Source of the DNA: Macrostomum lignano
Lineage: Eukaryota
Length of the DNA: 64,000 bases
Direction: 5' to 3'
Assembly (NCBI GenBank): GCA_002269645.1
Contig: NIVC01000094.1
Coordinates: 992,001 to 1,056,000 of the forward strand
Position 1 is the stretch's first letter. Each line of letters starts with the position of its first letter. Positions 52,986 through 64,000 of this stretch are shown here, piece by piece. Below the pieces are notes generated by a model. The model worked only from the letters and a program-made list of their open reading frames with translations. It ran no database searches and was not told the origin of the DNA. The position numbers were made by a program, and so were the translations under genes.

Positions 52986-53229
52986 GTCAGGGAATTCTGT
53001 CCATTGGATTAAAATGAGAAGTAGTTTCTTACTTTATTGGTAATTTACTAGCAAAATGCATTATCGAACTTGAACGCACAATACGCTCATAATGCATGGC
53101 TGAGATTGTTAGCTTTTTTAAGCTGCCCATGTATGTATAGTTCGGAATAAACTATAGGACTAGACTAAACTAAACTATAGTTAGAATAGCAATTCTGGGT
53201 TACAAATAGAGGCAATGATTTAGGGATGT

Positions 53230-53403
53230 TCAGTCAGGACGCACTTGGCATCGGAGCGGCAGGTGCCGACTTTGGCAACAAGCTGGGGCAGCGGCAGCGG
53301 CTGGGGAGGCCGGCCGGCTGCGGTGCCGCCGGTAGCGACTGCGGCGATCCTTAGCGGTGACGGCACAGCGGGTGAAACAGCGACGAAGCGTCTCCTCGCT
53401 GAC
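53230..53403 (-). CDS. BEN-domain gene, last exon
   Basis: Pyrimidine-rich acceptor CGCCAG|GTC; [23 protein letters not shown] aligns with VSRAEIQRAYAACVDAINQAKKR of the transposon BEN protein; stop at 53230. Confidence 0.6.
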   Translation of the reverse strand, partial: VSEETLRRCFTRCAVTAKDRRSRYRRHRSRPASPAAAAAPACCQSRHLPLRCQVRPD

Positions 53404-53439
53404 CTGGCGGAGCGACGGAGTGGGGAGAGTGAAGACATC

Positions 53440-53795
<356 letters not shown>

Positions 53796-53798
53796 TAC

Positions 53799-54119
53799 AG
53801 ACGGACAGTCTCTAACAACGCACTTGCAGCGCCGCAGGTGAGCACAGAGCACTGCCTCGCCACCTCGGTCCGGTCAGCAGGCAGGAGGCTGCCCCGGCCC
53901 GTGAAGGAGGTGACGCTCAGTTCGCGCGGACTGAACAGCGCCCTGATGAGGGCGCGCACCAAAGCGTCGGTCCGTTTGGCTCTGCGCTTCGGCAGAGAAA
54001 CGGCGGGCGGCGGTGGAGACAGCGTGGTTCCGGGCCCATCCGTGCTGTTGTCGCGGCCGCGGAGGCGGGGGCAGCTGAATGGGCTGCTGACTCTGGTCCC
54101 GGCTGTACAGCGGCAGATT
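53799..54119 (-). CDS. BEN-domain gene, internal exon
   Basis: [23 protein letters not shown]...ADRT matches LLRFCIRALFEKIELEDTSFTGR...ADRT (within 62400-62600). Acceptor TCTCAG| at 54119; donor TCT|GTATGT at 53799. Needs restored bases. Confidence 0.65.
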
Positions 54120-54144
54120 CTGAGACAGGTGAGGAGGGAGGGAG

Positions 54145-54850
54145 GTGTAGCTGGCACTGGCATCCCACCTATAGCTGGCATCCCCTCTGTAGCTGGCATC
54201 CCCTCTGTAGCTGGCATCCCCTCTGTAGCTGGAATTCACCCTGTAGCTGGCATCTCTCTGTAGCTGGAATCCACTCTGTAGCTGGCATCCCCTCTGTAGC
54301 TGGCATCTCTCTGTAGCTGGCATCAGCTCTGTAGCATGCACATCCTCTGTAGCTGGCATTACCTCTGTAGCTGGCATCCACTCTGTAGCTGGCATCTCTC
54401 TGTAGCTGGCATCCTCTCTGTAGCTGGAATTCACCCTGTAGCTGGCATCTCTCTGAAGCTGGTATCCACTCTGTAGCTGGCATCCCATCTGTAGCTGGCA
54501 CTGGCATCCCCTCTTTAGCTGGCATTCATTCTGTAGCTGGCATCTCTCTGTAGCTGGCATCAGCTCTGTAGCGTGCACATCCTCTGTAGCTGGCATCCAC
54601 TCTGTAGCTGGCATCTCTCTGTAGCTGGCATCCACTCTGTAGCTGGAATCTCTCTGTAGCTGGCATCCCCTCTGTAGCTGGCATCCCCTCTGTAGCTGGC
54701 ACTGGCATCCCCTCTGTAGCGTGCACATCCTCTGTAGCTGGCATTCATTCTGTAGCTGGCATCAGCTCTGTAGCTGGCATTCATTCTCTAGCTGGCATCT
54801 CTCTGTAGCTGGCATCAGCTCTGTAGCTGGCAACCTCTCTGTAGCTGGCG
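54145..54850. repeat. ~19-bp minisatellite (CTCTGTAGCTGGCATCCC)n
   Basis: Tandem array, probably intronic in the BEN gene. Confidence 0.9.
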
Positions 54851-55851
54851 CCCATTTGAAGGTATTCAGGGCAGACGGGAAGTTCGAAAGCAGCTTTAAT
54901 GCTGTTACAAGTCCCAATACGAGAGCTGCGACTTCGCAGCATCAGACAGCCACTCACCATGGAGCAAGCTTCCGAATCTTCAACACTACCCGCTGGGACC
55001 CAACTCCGACATCTTACAAACTGTCTGATCATTATCAACCCGATTTTCACACGATTTTTATGCGATTTGATTATCGGACTGAAATATACACGATTTCTCC
55101 CCGACTTTCGCTCGTTTTTCGGGCCGATAAAAGCTGACTAAAGTCTGAATTGTTTTGGCACGATTTTTCACCGACATTTACCCGATTTTCACCTACATTT
55201 TGTCGGAGAAAAGTCGGCTTAAGTTCGGTGCAGTTTTGGCACGATTTTTCACCGACATTTACCCGATTTTCACCTTACTTGGATAAAGTGCTATAAGATG
55301 CTGCGGCGCTGCGTCTGGGCGCCGTCTGCTGATTGAAGAGTGTCATAGTCATCCATCCCCTGTCGCTCGATCTGGCTCTTCCACCACCCGCTTACTTATG
55401 CCAGTCTACAATGTCGGTGGCTCTTTGTATTACATGCCTTATGTAATATTATGCACTAGTACATGCCTACATTAAAATTGACATTAAATTGTGTCCATAT
55501 CAAATATACTGATGTCTAAAAATATTGAAATGCAGTGTGCATCTGCAGTCACTGTGTTTATGTTTAGGGCTTTAGTTTCACTCTTAGTGTCCATTTTCCT
55601 GTATCCTGTTTTTCCTGTCCATATGATATTTAGGGTTTAAGCAGCATTGTATATCAAAATTTAGTTCCTGTCTATCATATGTCGGGTCATATCTATCAAT
55701 AGTCAGATCAGACATGTCATTGATTTTCGAATAATTTCTTAGCAGCTTAATTTCTTTAATTACTTTAGTTAACTTTGTTCTCATTGCTGAAGCAATAATT
55801 TGAGTTGTAAATCCCTCCCGCAGCTGTGTTCGACGCACGTCTTTACTCAAA

Positions 55852-58687
55852 ATGCCGAAGTCCAATAGAAAGCGGCAACAGGAGTGGAGGCAGCGCCAGA
55901 AAGAAATAAAAAAACAAAGACGCAACGAAGCATTGCCTTTCGGTGCCAGCGGCGGTCCCGCTGATTCGCCAGCATCGGAGGAGCCGCTGCATAATTCCCA
56001 GGCCGACGGGGCTTCGCCTTCCGGTGCCAGCGGCGGTCCCGCTGATTCGCCAGCATCGGAGGAGCCGCTGCATAATTCCCAGGCCGACGGGGCTTCGCCT
56101 TCCGGTGCCAGCGGCGGTCCCGCTGATTCGCCAGCATCGGAGGAGCCGCTGCATAATTCCTAGGCCGACGGGGCTTCGCCTTCCGGTGCCAGCGGCGGTC
56201 CCGCTGATTCGCCAGCATCGGAGGAGCCACTGCATAATTCCCAGGCCGACGGGGCTTCGCCTTCCGGTGCCAGCGGCGGTCCCGCTGATTCGCCACCGAC
56301 TCGTCAAGATCACCTTTTATTTGGTGGAGCATCAATAACTGTTAGTAAAGCAGCTGCAGCAATCGAGGCCTTTCGTAGAAAAAGCAAGCTACGCCGAAAG
56401 TCGACAACTTTGCTACTCCAATTGATTCAAAGACTTTTGCCAAGGGGCAACGATGCTCCCCGCACAATAAAGCAGCTCGACAAGGCACTGGGAATTGCGC
56501 CTACAAAGGGTTGCTTTCGACCTAAAAATGCGACTTGCCACTCCGTGTGCTGCTCCTGCAGTTTGAGTCACATCGGAGAAGCACCAGCTGGCGCGCGCTG
56601 TGAGCAATGTCAGGCGCACCTCGTGAAATTTTGGGTGCTTGATGTTCGCCCCCAGCTGCGTGTTATGATTGATCAAAATGGGCTGCTGCGCCACGCCACT
56701 TTTCCCTGTGATCAAGTATATACTCCAGGTTGTCTAAGCTTCGCGGGGAGCATGGCGTATCAAAATTTTATGCAGCGCATTCAGCCGCACGATCGATGCG
56801 ACCTATCATACACGCTATGTACGGACAGCTTCGCGGTCGCAAGATCATCCGGCGCTGAAGTTTGCCCCGTGTATCTTGTTATAAATGAGATAGCCGACAA
56901 GCTTAAGATGCGCTTCGTCGTGCTCTGCGGCGTGTGGTCGGGCAAAAAATCATTGCGAGCCTCGCGCTTCTTGCAGTTGGTGGTGCCCATGCTCAACATG
57001 TTGCGCGAGGAGGGCATTCGAGTCACCGACGAAACCGGTGCCTGTCGCCAGATTTACCTGCATCCGCTCATCGGGATATTCGACGCCCCTGTCCGCGCCG
57101 ATGCCATTGGCATTAAGCGTTACAACGCACGCTACGGCTGCGACAAATGCTACGTGGAGACGCACCCACTAATACAGGGCTGTCGTTACTACCCGCTGGT
57201 GATAACCAGTACCACTCAGAGAGCTGCTAGACGTGCCGGTTGCAGGGTGACGACCCTCCGGTGCAAGCGAGATACGCTTCATCTAGCTGCAAATATTCCT
57301 CCACGTGCTGACGACGTGCTTGGGGTAAGACGTAATGTTTTATTGGCTATAATGAGTAAAAAGTACATATACACAGCTGCTTTTCCACACATTTTATGCA
57401 GGTGAAAGCCGTCTCCCCTTTGCGAAATCTAGACGGCTTTGATTTCACATCTGGTTGCCCTCCGTGCTGCTTGCATCAGCTTGAAATCGGTCAAGTGAAG
57501 TGGCTTCTGCGGCAGCTTTTTTGTCAGCGCAGAGAGCGGCCGGATCCAGATGCCGATACTCCAGGCCTGCATTCGCGACTGGATGACATCGACGCAGTCG
57601 TGGGCGAAATTATCGTGCCCCGAAGCGTTCACCGCAGAAATCTGCGGTCACTGCGTGAGCTGTCCCGCTTCCGTGGCCATGAGTTCGCGGTCTGGGCCTT
57701 TGCAGTCGGTCCAATGGTCCTTGGCGACTTTCTTACGGACCCTACGACCCGCGACTATTATTTGCATCTGCTACTGTTGAGCTCCGATATTTTTTGGCTA
57801 AGTTTGGAAGGCGCGTCGCTTGTGGAAGTTATGCGTGCGCAGACTTCCTTGGAGCTATTTCAAAAGTGAGTGCACTATCCTCTTTCAAACCTTACATCCT
57901 AGCTGTTGAAGCTTATATCTGCAGTATCTGCATCCTTACTGCACACACCAGGTGCCTACCGACGCTGTACTCGTTGCGGGCCCTCACATACAATTCGCAC
58001 CAATTGTGCGCGCACATGACCTCTGCCGTGTTCCAGTTCGGGCCTCTTCAACGGCTGTCCGCTTCGCTGTTCGAAGCCACTCATTTCCGTCTCCGCAGCA
58101 TGATCCACGGATCGCGGCTGCAAGATGTCGAGATACTGAAATCAATCAGTCGCCATGTGGAGACACTGCGGGACCAGGAGCCTGACGAAGACCGAGGCAC
58201 AACTGCAGTCTTCGTTGGAGGCGTTAAACTGCAGAACCCAGTGCCACATCAGGCGGAGAGCTTCCGTACAGCCACTCTCCCCAATGGATTTTTCATCGAA
58301 GTCTGTACAGCTGCAGCTAGGGCTTCGAAGACAGCATCCTGCTTGGTAGCTACTCAAGGCCAGGCAGCCACTGAAATAATTTTCAGCAAAGTAGAAGCGA
58401 TTCAAGCTGACGTGGACATCAACATCGTGAAAACCACTCTTAGGCTCATCAAGACGGCGGAGCTGGTATATTATCCGGCCGCTCCACTCTGTTCATTGCC
58501 TCCACAATCACCCAGTCGTGGATGTCGGCTCGCGCATGTCGTGCGCCTGATGGAGGATCCTTTCTGCAGCGACGATGAATCAGACGCTGCTGCATACACA
58601 GTCGGCACCGACAAAATCCTGGGCACGTGCCTTGTGAGCAGAACGCATATTGCTCTGATGCCGTTCTCGCAGCTGAATTATTCGTAG
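55852..58687 (+). CDS. CACTA/EnSpm transposase; exons 55852-57324, 57402-57865, 57952-58687; in-frame TAG at 56161
   Basis: Motifs CTDS, IFDAPVRA, CDKC (CxxC), CLH, YNSHQLCAH (H-x4-H), GPL and LFE. Two phase-consistent GT-AG introns (77 and 86 bp). Confidence 0.85.
55942..56295 (+). repeat. 81-bp coding tandem repeat (GASGGPADSPASEEPLHNSQADGASPS), 4 copies plus a partial
   Basis: Units start at 55942, 56023, 56104, 56185 and 56266; the third copy has CAG>TAG. Confidence 0.9.
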
Positions 58688-59001
58688 GCTAGCGGTCTTT
58701 TTATCTTTCTCGCTTTCTTTCTCCGTTCTTTGTCTTTTTCTTGCTAGCTGGCCCACCAAGCAGTGTTATATTTAAAATTTTATGCGAATGTAAATACATT
58801 GTAAATATGCTGTAAATATGTATTTACATATAATAATTAATCATAAATATATAATTTACATATCAGGAAATATAATATGTAAATCGTGTTTCTTTTTTAA
58901 CTTTTTGTTTCTTCGTGTTCCTTACATTGAGTGCACTCACTTCAGATTATGATTAGATCTGAAGGATCGCAATACATTTGAATACCACAAAAACTTTCAG
59001 A

Positions 59002-59352
59002 ATGTCGAATTTCAACATTCACGAATCCCCATCGTGGGTTGCGACGCAACTGGATACTCGCGCGTTGTGCCCAGATGATCTGGCGTACCTGGAGTGCCAT
59101 GCAACCTTATGCGACGCACCAGTCGAAAAGACCAAGTCTGTCGTACTTGCGTTTGTCCGAGCACTCGAAGTCGTGGAACCTGAGAGTTTCCTCACCGCAA
59201 CTTTGTGTGACGACTGTACTTATATTGAAGCAGTCGTTGACGTCCGGGCGACGAGACTGTTTCCCGAGCTCCTACCCGGCGCAACTCTGTTGCTGGAGTC
59301 TCCCAAAATTTTTATTTTGGGAGGTGGTGCCCTCTACTCCGCTTGCATTTGA
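59002..59352 (+). CDS. Small transposon-borne ORF, possible OB-fold (HROB/DUF4539-like)
   Basis: 116-codon ORF after an AT-rich spacer and TTTCAG. VLAFVRAL...TATLCDD...ELLPGATLLLESPKIF resembles the HROB OB domain as recalled; no search was run. Confidence 0.45.
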   Translation: MSNFNIHESPSWVATQLDTRALCPDDLAYLECHATLCDAPVEKTKSVVLAFVRALEVVEPESFLTATLCDDCTYIEAVVDVRATRLFPELLPGATLLLESPKIFILGGGALYSACI

Positions 59353-60376
59353 AGTGAGCACTAGTTTAGTGTTAGGTGCCCCTTTTGTCAGCTGTGCCCT
59401 GCGCCCTTCTGAGCTGTTGGCTGCCGCTGGCCGCAGCTCTCCCTCTCTCCCTCTCCCTCTCTCTCTCCCTCTCCCGCTCCTCTCTCTCCCTCTCCCTCCC
59501 TCGTTGTCCTTTGTCTGCCTGCGCTCCCTTTTGTTCCCCTTTTTCCGGTTCGTTTGCGTTCCCAGCGTCTGAGCTTCTCCGCTCAGCCTGTCCTTGTTTC
59601 TTTCTTTGTCTGTCTCCATCCCCCCTTTTTTGTGTGGCTGCGTTCTCTTGGCTCGAGTCCAGCCCGTTCTGGCTGTACTCTCTCTGTCTGGCCGTACGGG
59701 AGCGGATCACGTGCCCCGGCGCTCTGTCCTTTTCTTGCGCTGCCTTGTGCAATCTCGGGTGTCAGGCTCTAAATTAGGAATGGCGTCCTTGCCTCTCAAA
59801 TTGAGGGTTCCGCGCCTGTTTCTAAAAATAGAACTGATTCACGCCAGATTGGGGGCAGTGAGAGCGGCCTTGCGCACTCTGGCGCAATGGGGTGTTGCAC
59901 GGTATGGTGAAATCGATCCGCTACCCTATAAGTACGGGCCTCTCGTGCCTCTGTTTGGCAACCGCCCCCTCTGTGAAACCTCTCGTTTACCTGTGCGTTA
60001 ATTCTTCTGATAACTGCTCTGTTGGAAGTCCAGCGCAGCTTGCGCTAGGCCTTAGCCAACCTATCTGATTTCTGATCCATCTGCGACTGTGTGTCCTCGA
60101 GTGTGCTAAATCCCAACCGAACTAACAGAGACTAGCACAGTTCCTCATCCCCACACTTGAGCCCGGCAGGACCGCTGACGAGGTGTGCACCGGTACGAAC
60201 GGTCAAATCTGCACGACGTGCTGAGTTCTCGTGTCTCGTTTCTTTCGCTCAGCCCGGAGTCTCCCTCACCGAAGGACAAGATCCGAGCGAGCTGGTGGCA
60301 GCACTACCAACACTACCAAGGATTGCTAGAAGACTTCCTGGGAGAGTCTACCAAGAGCTCAAAGTAGGCAGCTCAC

Positions 60377-60965
60377 GTGACTGACAGGGAAGTAGCCGGA
60401 ATAACAGAGTACTTTACTGGTGGCAGCGGTGGGATTCAAAGACCTACCAGGCCACCTCTAGACGCTATCGAGGAAAGTACAAGCAACCACTTCACATTTC
60501 AGCCAATGGCAAAAAATTTGCGCTCAGCGTGCGAGCGGAGTGCATCCGCCGGGTATATCCGCGTCCCAGGGTAAGCTGCCCACTTACTCTACATGCAATT
60601 TATCCATTAGCTCGTACAATTTAGTATGACAAGAGTGCTCCCATACCGTTAAACAGGTCGTTGTGGATCACGAGGAACAGGACAGCGAGCGCAGCGAGTT
60701 TTACGGCTACCTGGCAATTAAGCAGCCTCGACTGGATTGCGAGACTGCAGAAAGTGAAGATCGCCAGGACGCAACCGCAGCTGAGACTGCAGAAAGTGAA
60801 GATCGCCAGGACGCAACCGCAGCTGAGACTGCAGAAAGTGAAGATCGCCAGGACGCAACCGCAGCTGAGACTGCAGAAAGTGAAGATCGCCAGGACGCAA
60901 CCGCAGCTGAGACTGCAGAAAGTGAAGATCGCCAGGACGCAACCGCAGCTGAGACGCAAGGATGA
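60377..60965 (+). CDS. Putative spliced ORF of unknown function with five 42-bp repeats (ETAESEDRQDATAA)
   Basis: Donor GTAAG at 60571 and acceptor AAACAG| at 60656. Frame across the intron and the 5' extent are uncertain. Confidence 0.35.
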
Positions 60966-61343
60966 GCGAGATGAACCTCCGCCCTCGATGGCGTTTGAGT
61001 GTGTGTGCCTGTGGAGAGGCGTCGGAGGTGTAGCATCGCGACGCTATTGCTATCTGCATAATGCATTTGCCAATGAATAATTCATGTCAGTTTTTTTATG
61101 TACAGATTCGAACAGCAATAATTCATGTCAGTTTTATGTACGGATACGAACAAAAACATATAAATCAAGGTTTGATACTTCCTTTCTTTCTCCATTTATA
61201 CTTTATTTATTTAATGTTGCCAGTGTCACATTTTCTCAGTATAGACACTTATATTCGTAATTAGACGCGTACCTATAGTATGCACAACAGTTCAAATGCC
61301 AACTTAGACTGCGCCGATGCGCCGCCATTCCGTACTGTTTGTA

Positions 61344-61344
<1 letters not shown>

Positions 61345-61385
<41 letters not shown>

Positions 61386-61390
61386 GTTTA
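61345..61390. repeat. (TATC)n microsatellite
   Basis: Direct tandem repeat upstream of the BEN ORF. Confidence 0.9.
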
Positions 61391-61509
61391 TCTACATAGT
61401 TTTCTGTATAACTCCACTCCGAATATATCCCAGTTAATTCTATTATTTGCGATAAACCTAAATTACCCACACCAATTGTTACAGACTTAAAGGCCAATTT
61501 GCCTAAAAA

Positions 61510-62845
61510 ATGCCGCCCAAAGCAGCTGAGATTATTTGGTTGGTACATTTTAAACTGGGCAAGAAGCAGTGCGCCCTCGTTAATGACGTCGACGTTTTAG
61601 ACGAGGGTGTCGACTTGGACGACGGCTACGTCCGCACTGTTGGCCAACAGGTGGAAGTTGTTTTGGCCAAGAGAAATAAACAAAGTGCTGCTCAGCATCC
61701 GGCCACAATTATCAAGGGCCCGTTTGCTTCTATGGAGCAGGGCAGGAAATTTCTGAAACTCTGCCAAAGTGTGGAATCAGAGGCAGATCCTCCACCCACG
61801 ACATCGCTGCCAACAAATGTCGATAGCTGCCCTGAATGCTCCAGAAAGGACGAGCAACAGAAAACTTGGAAAACCGAACTAATGGCCCTCCGTCAGGAGC
61901 GTGTTGAGCTGTTAAAACTGCTGGACAACAGGGCTGATGAAGTAGCAGCTCTTCGCGAATCTACCTCGCGGCTGCAGGAGCAGTTAACTGAAGCCATGGT
62001 TTATGCCGCGCAGGTCAGGCGACGCGCTCTTTTATCAGTCGCTGCCGCAATCACTTCTGCGGCCGACGCCGACGACGAGGACGACAAGGATTGTGCCTCT
62101 GAAAGTGTTGCGCCGCTAGACGTTACACGTCAGCTAAAATCCGCTGGCCGGTCGAAGTCCGACTGTAATCGCATTTACGTTCCACTCTCTGAGGAATTTC
62201 CGACCCAGAAGGTAATGACGCATAAATCATTTGATTCCGTCGTTATTCTTATTATCCGAAATCTAATATTGTTTCACAGACAATATACAAGTTACAATGT
62301 ACAGATTTATTATGCCCCACCTTTTCGGACGATCACAATACATACAGGTGCGAGCTATGGATCGTGCGTCAATCCTAACACAAATTGAGCAGTTGAAGCG
62401 CTGCGAAGACGTTGACAAGTTGTCGAAACTTCGATGGAGCCTGCTCCGATTTTGTATTCGCGCTCTTTTTGAAAAAATAGAGCTGGAAGACACATCATTT
62501 ACCGGCCGTAGCTCCGGGGAGAACACGCGAGTGGCGGCGGACCGCACCAGAATTGACGTCATTATCCAGCATCTGGATAATAACGGTGTCAAAGTGTCTC
62601 GCGCCGAAATTCAGCGGGCCTACGCGGCATGCGTCGACGCCATTAACCAGGCAAAGAAGAGGGCGGGACACCCGTTAGAGAAACGTGAAGCGAAAGCGGC
62701 CAAGCCTGCAAACAAGGCCGACAAAACGGCGGACGAGGCCGACAAAACGGCGGACGAGGCCGACAAAACGGCGGACGAGGCCGACAAAACGGCGGACGAG
62801 GCCGACAAAACGGCGGACAAGGCCGACAAATCTGGTCCTGCCTGA
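61510..62845 (+). CDS. Transposon accessory protein (coiled coil + BEN domain); exons 61510-62211 and 62348-62845
   Basis: ATG at 61510; phase-0 intron AAG|GTAATG...CATACAG|GTG; heptad region LRQERVELLKLL...LQEQL; BEN-like LLRFCIRALF..EL..TSFTG; C-terminal 21-bp ADKTADE repeats. Confidence 0.75.
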
Positions 62846-64000
62846 TCTGGGAGAGGGTGGGAGTCACTTAAAACTGTTTTATAACAATTTTATCTACTTT
62901 ATCGTACTTCCATATCATATGCATATTATTCATATTAAACTTTAAACATACTTCAGCATTTTTCTAAAATTTATACAAACGAACAATTTTCAACAAAGTA
63001 ATAATTTTTACAAACTAAAAGGTAAACGCCAATATAATTTTTCAAACTAATGGTACTGTAAAAAATAATATAGTAATTAAGCAGTCAACTTTAATTATAT
63101 TTTAAAACTTGCTACAACATTTAATTTTATAATTACAAACCGCAAAATCTTGAGTCAAACACTGTTAGTTTCTTACTTTGGTGAATATATATCGAGACCA
63201 AGATTGTTCCATTAATTCGAGCCATCATTGTCGGGTGAAAGTCGCGTAGCAGTTAGTCCGACTTGTGCAGATGAAAATCGGTGAAAATCGGAGTGAATCA
63301 CATCGTCATATTTATGCAGGTTTACACACCGCTGAAAGTCGGACTTATGCCTTATCGTCGGACTTATAAGGTATCTGGTGAATGTCGGAGTAGTTGTTAC
63401 GTTTTCTTAGAGAAATCGATGAGTCGTCGATTTTGTCGGACCGACTTTTCTCTTTCGGTCCGACAAAAACCGGTGAGAATCGTACGAAGATGAATGTTAG
63501 TCCGAATTTCATCCGTTTTTTTATACTTTCATCTGCCTAAAATCGAGCCGACGACACCGACGTTCCAACAATATGAAAATCGGATGAAAATCGGCTTGAT
63601 TTTCCTCTTCTTTGAGTCAGTTAGTTTACGGTTGAAAGTCGGAGTTGGGTCCCAGCGGGTAGAATCAAGCTGTGGGCTCCTCTTTCACTGCCCCCGATTC
63701 TCCATCCCCATTGAAGTCTATCAGCTGATTGTCTTCAACAGCAGACGAGTGCGAAGATGAAGCCGAGAGGCTGGTGTTGTAAAGTGAGTTTACTCACTGG
63801 TTTGTTTTGCTAGTCGGTGTTTGGGGGTCAAGGGATCCGATGTACATGCGCGCTCTGTTTGTATATGTACATGCGTTCTCGAGTAAATATAAGAATAGCT
63901 CCACCCTTTGGGTGAGGGTTTGAATTTTGTTTGTTGGACTAAACCTGACTGGCTTGTCTCTCGCTCACCACAGCTGGCACAGTTGGAGTACTTGGCAGCC

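Larger units (their letters stand above)
54989..63659 (+). mobile_element. CACTA/EnSpm (CMC superfamily) DNA transposon, 8671 bp
   Basis: Perfect 22-bp TIRs CCCGCTGGGACCCAACTCCGAC (54989-55010 and 63638-63659), TA on both flanks, inverted subterminal CCGATTTTCA repeats, and an internal Tnp2-like transposase. Confidence 0.9.

Noticed and set aside
53838-54263. Plus-strand gene suggested by CAG|GTGAG motifs at about 53837 and 54128
   Set aside because: The minus-strand frame gives a BEN-like sequence matching the transposon protein, with compatible splice sites; the plus frame has no recognisable features.
54984-54990. CACTA pentamer at 54984-54988 as the element terminus
   Set aside because: The right end has TAGAA rather than TAGTG; CCC...GGG termini with a TA duplication fit both ends.
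55584-55925. Minus-strand 113-aa ORF near the left end of the transposon
   Set aside because: AT-rich, overlaps the transposase start in antisense, and has no motifs.

Overview
Eukaryotic (animal) genomic DNA. It has GT-AG introns, GC-rich exons, TTAGGG repeats and minisatellite-filled introns; the style suggests a Macrostomum-like flatworm, which is inference only. (1) 1-33872 is almost entirely non-autonomous Helitron-like elements in two divergent head-to-tail arrays. At least 8 minus-strand elements lie left of 19066 and 2 plus-strand elements lie right of 19116, with the two 5' ends only 49 bp apart. Three of the four families share a ~600-bp head that ends in a tRNA-derived Pol III-promoter-like module, followed by a family-specific 22-24-bp satellite. 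Two families carry telomeric repeats. (2) 33.9-51.4 kb holds three host genes: a tandem-C2 (synaptotagmin-like) gene with a very recent 4.7-kb Ty3/Gypsy LTR retrotransposon in intron 2, a DEG/ENaC channel gene, and a RING-finger gene. (3) 53.2-63.7 kb holds a minus-strand BEN-domain gene next to an 8.7-kb CACTA/EnSpm-type transposon. The transposon encodes a spliced transposase, a possible OB-fold protein, an unknown spliced ORF and a homologous BEN protein. At least 8 frameshifts in four host genes and the retrotransposon are each repaired by restoring one G to the plus strand, which points to a systematic sequencing artefact rather than pseudogenisation. Most long ORFs in the track for 1-34 kb and for introns are repeat artefacts.
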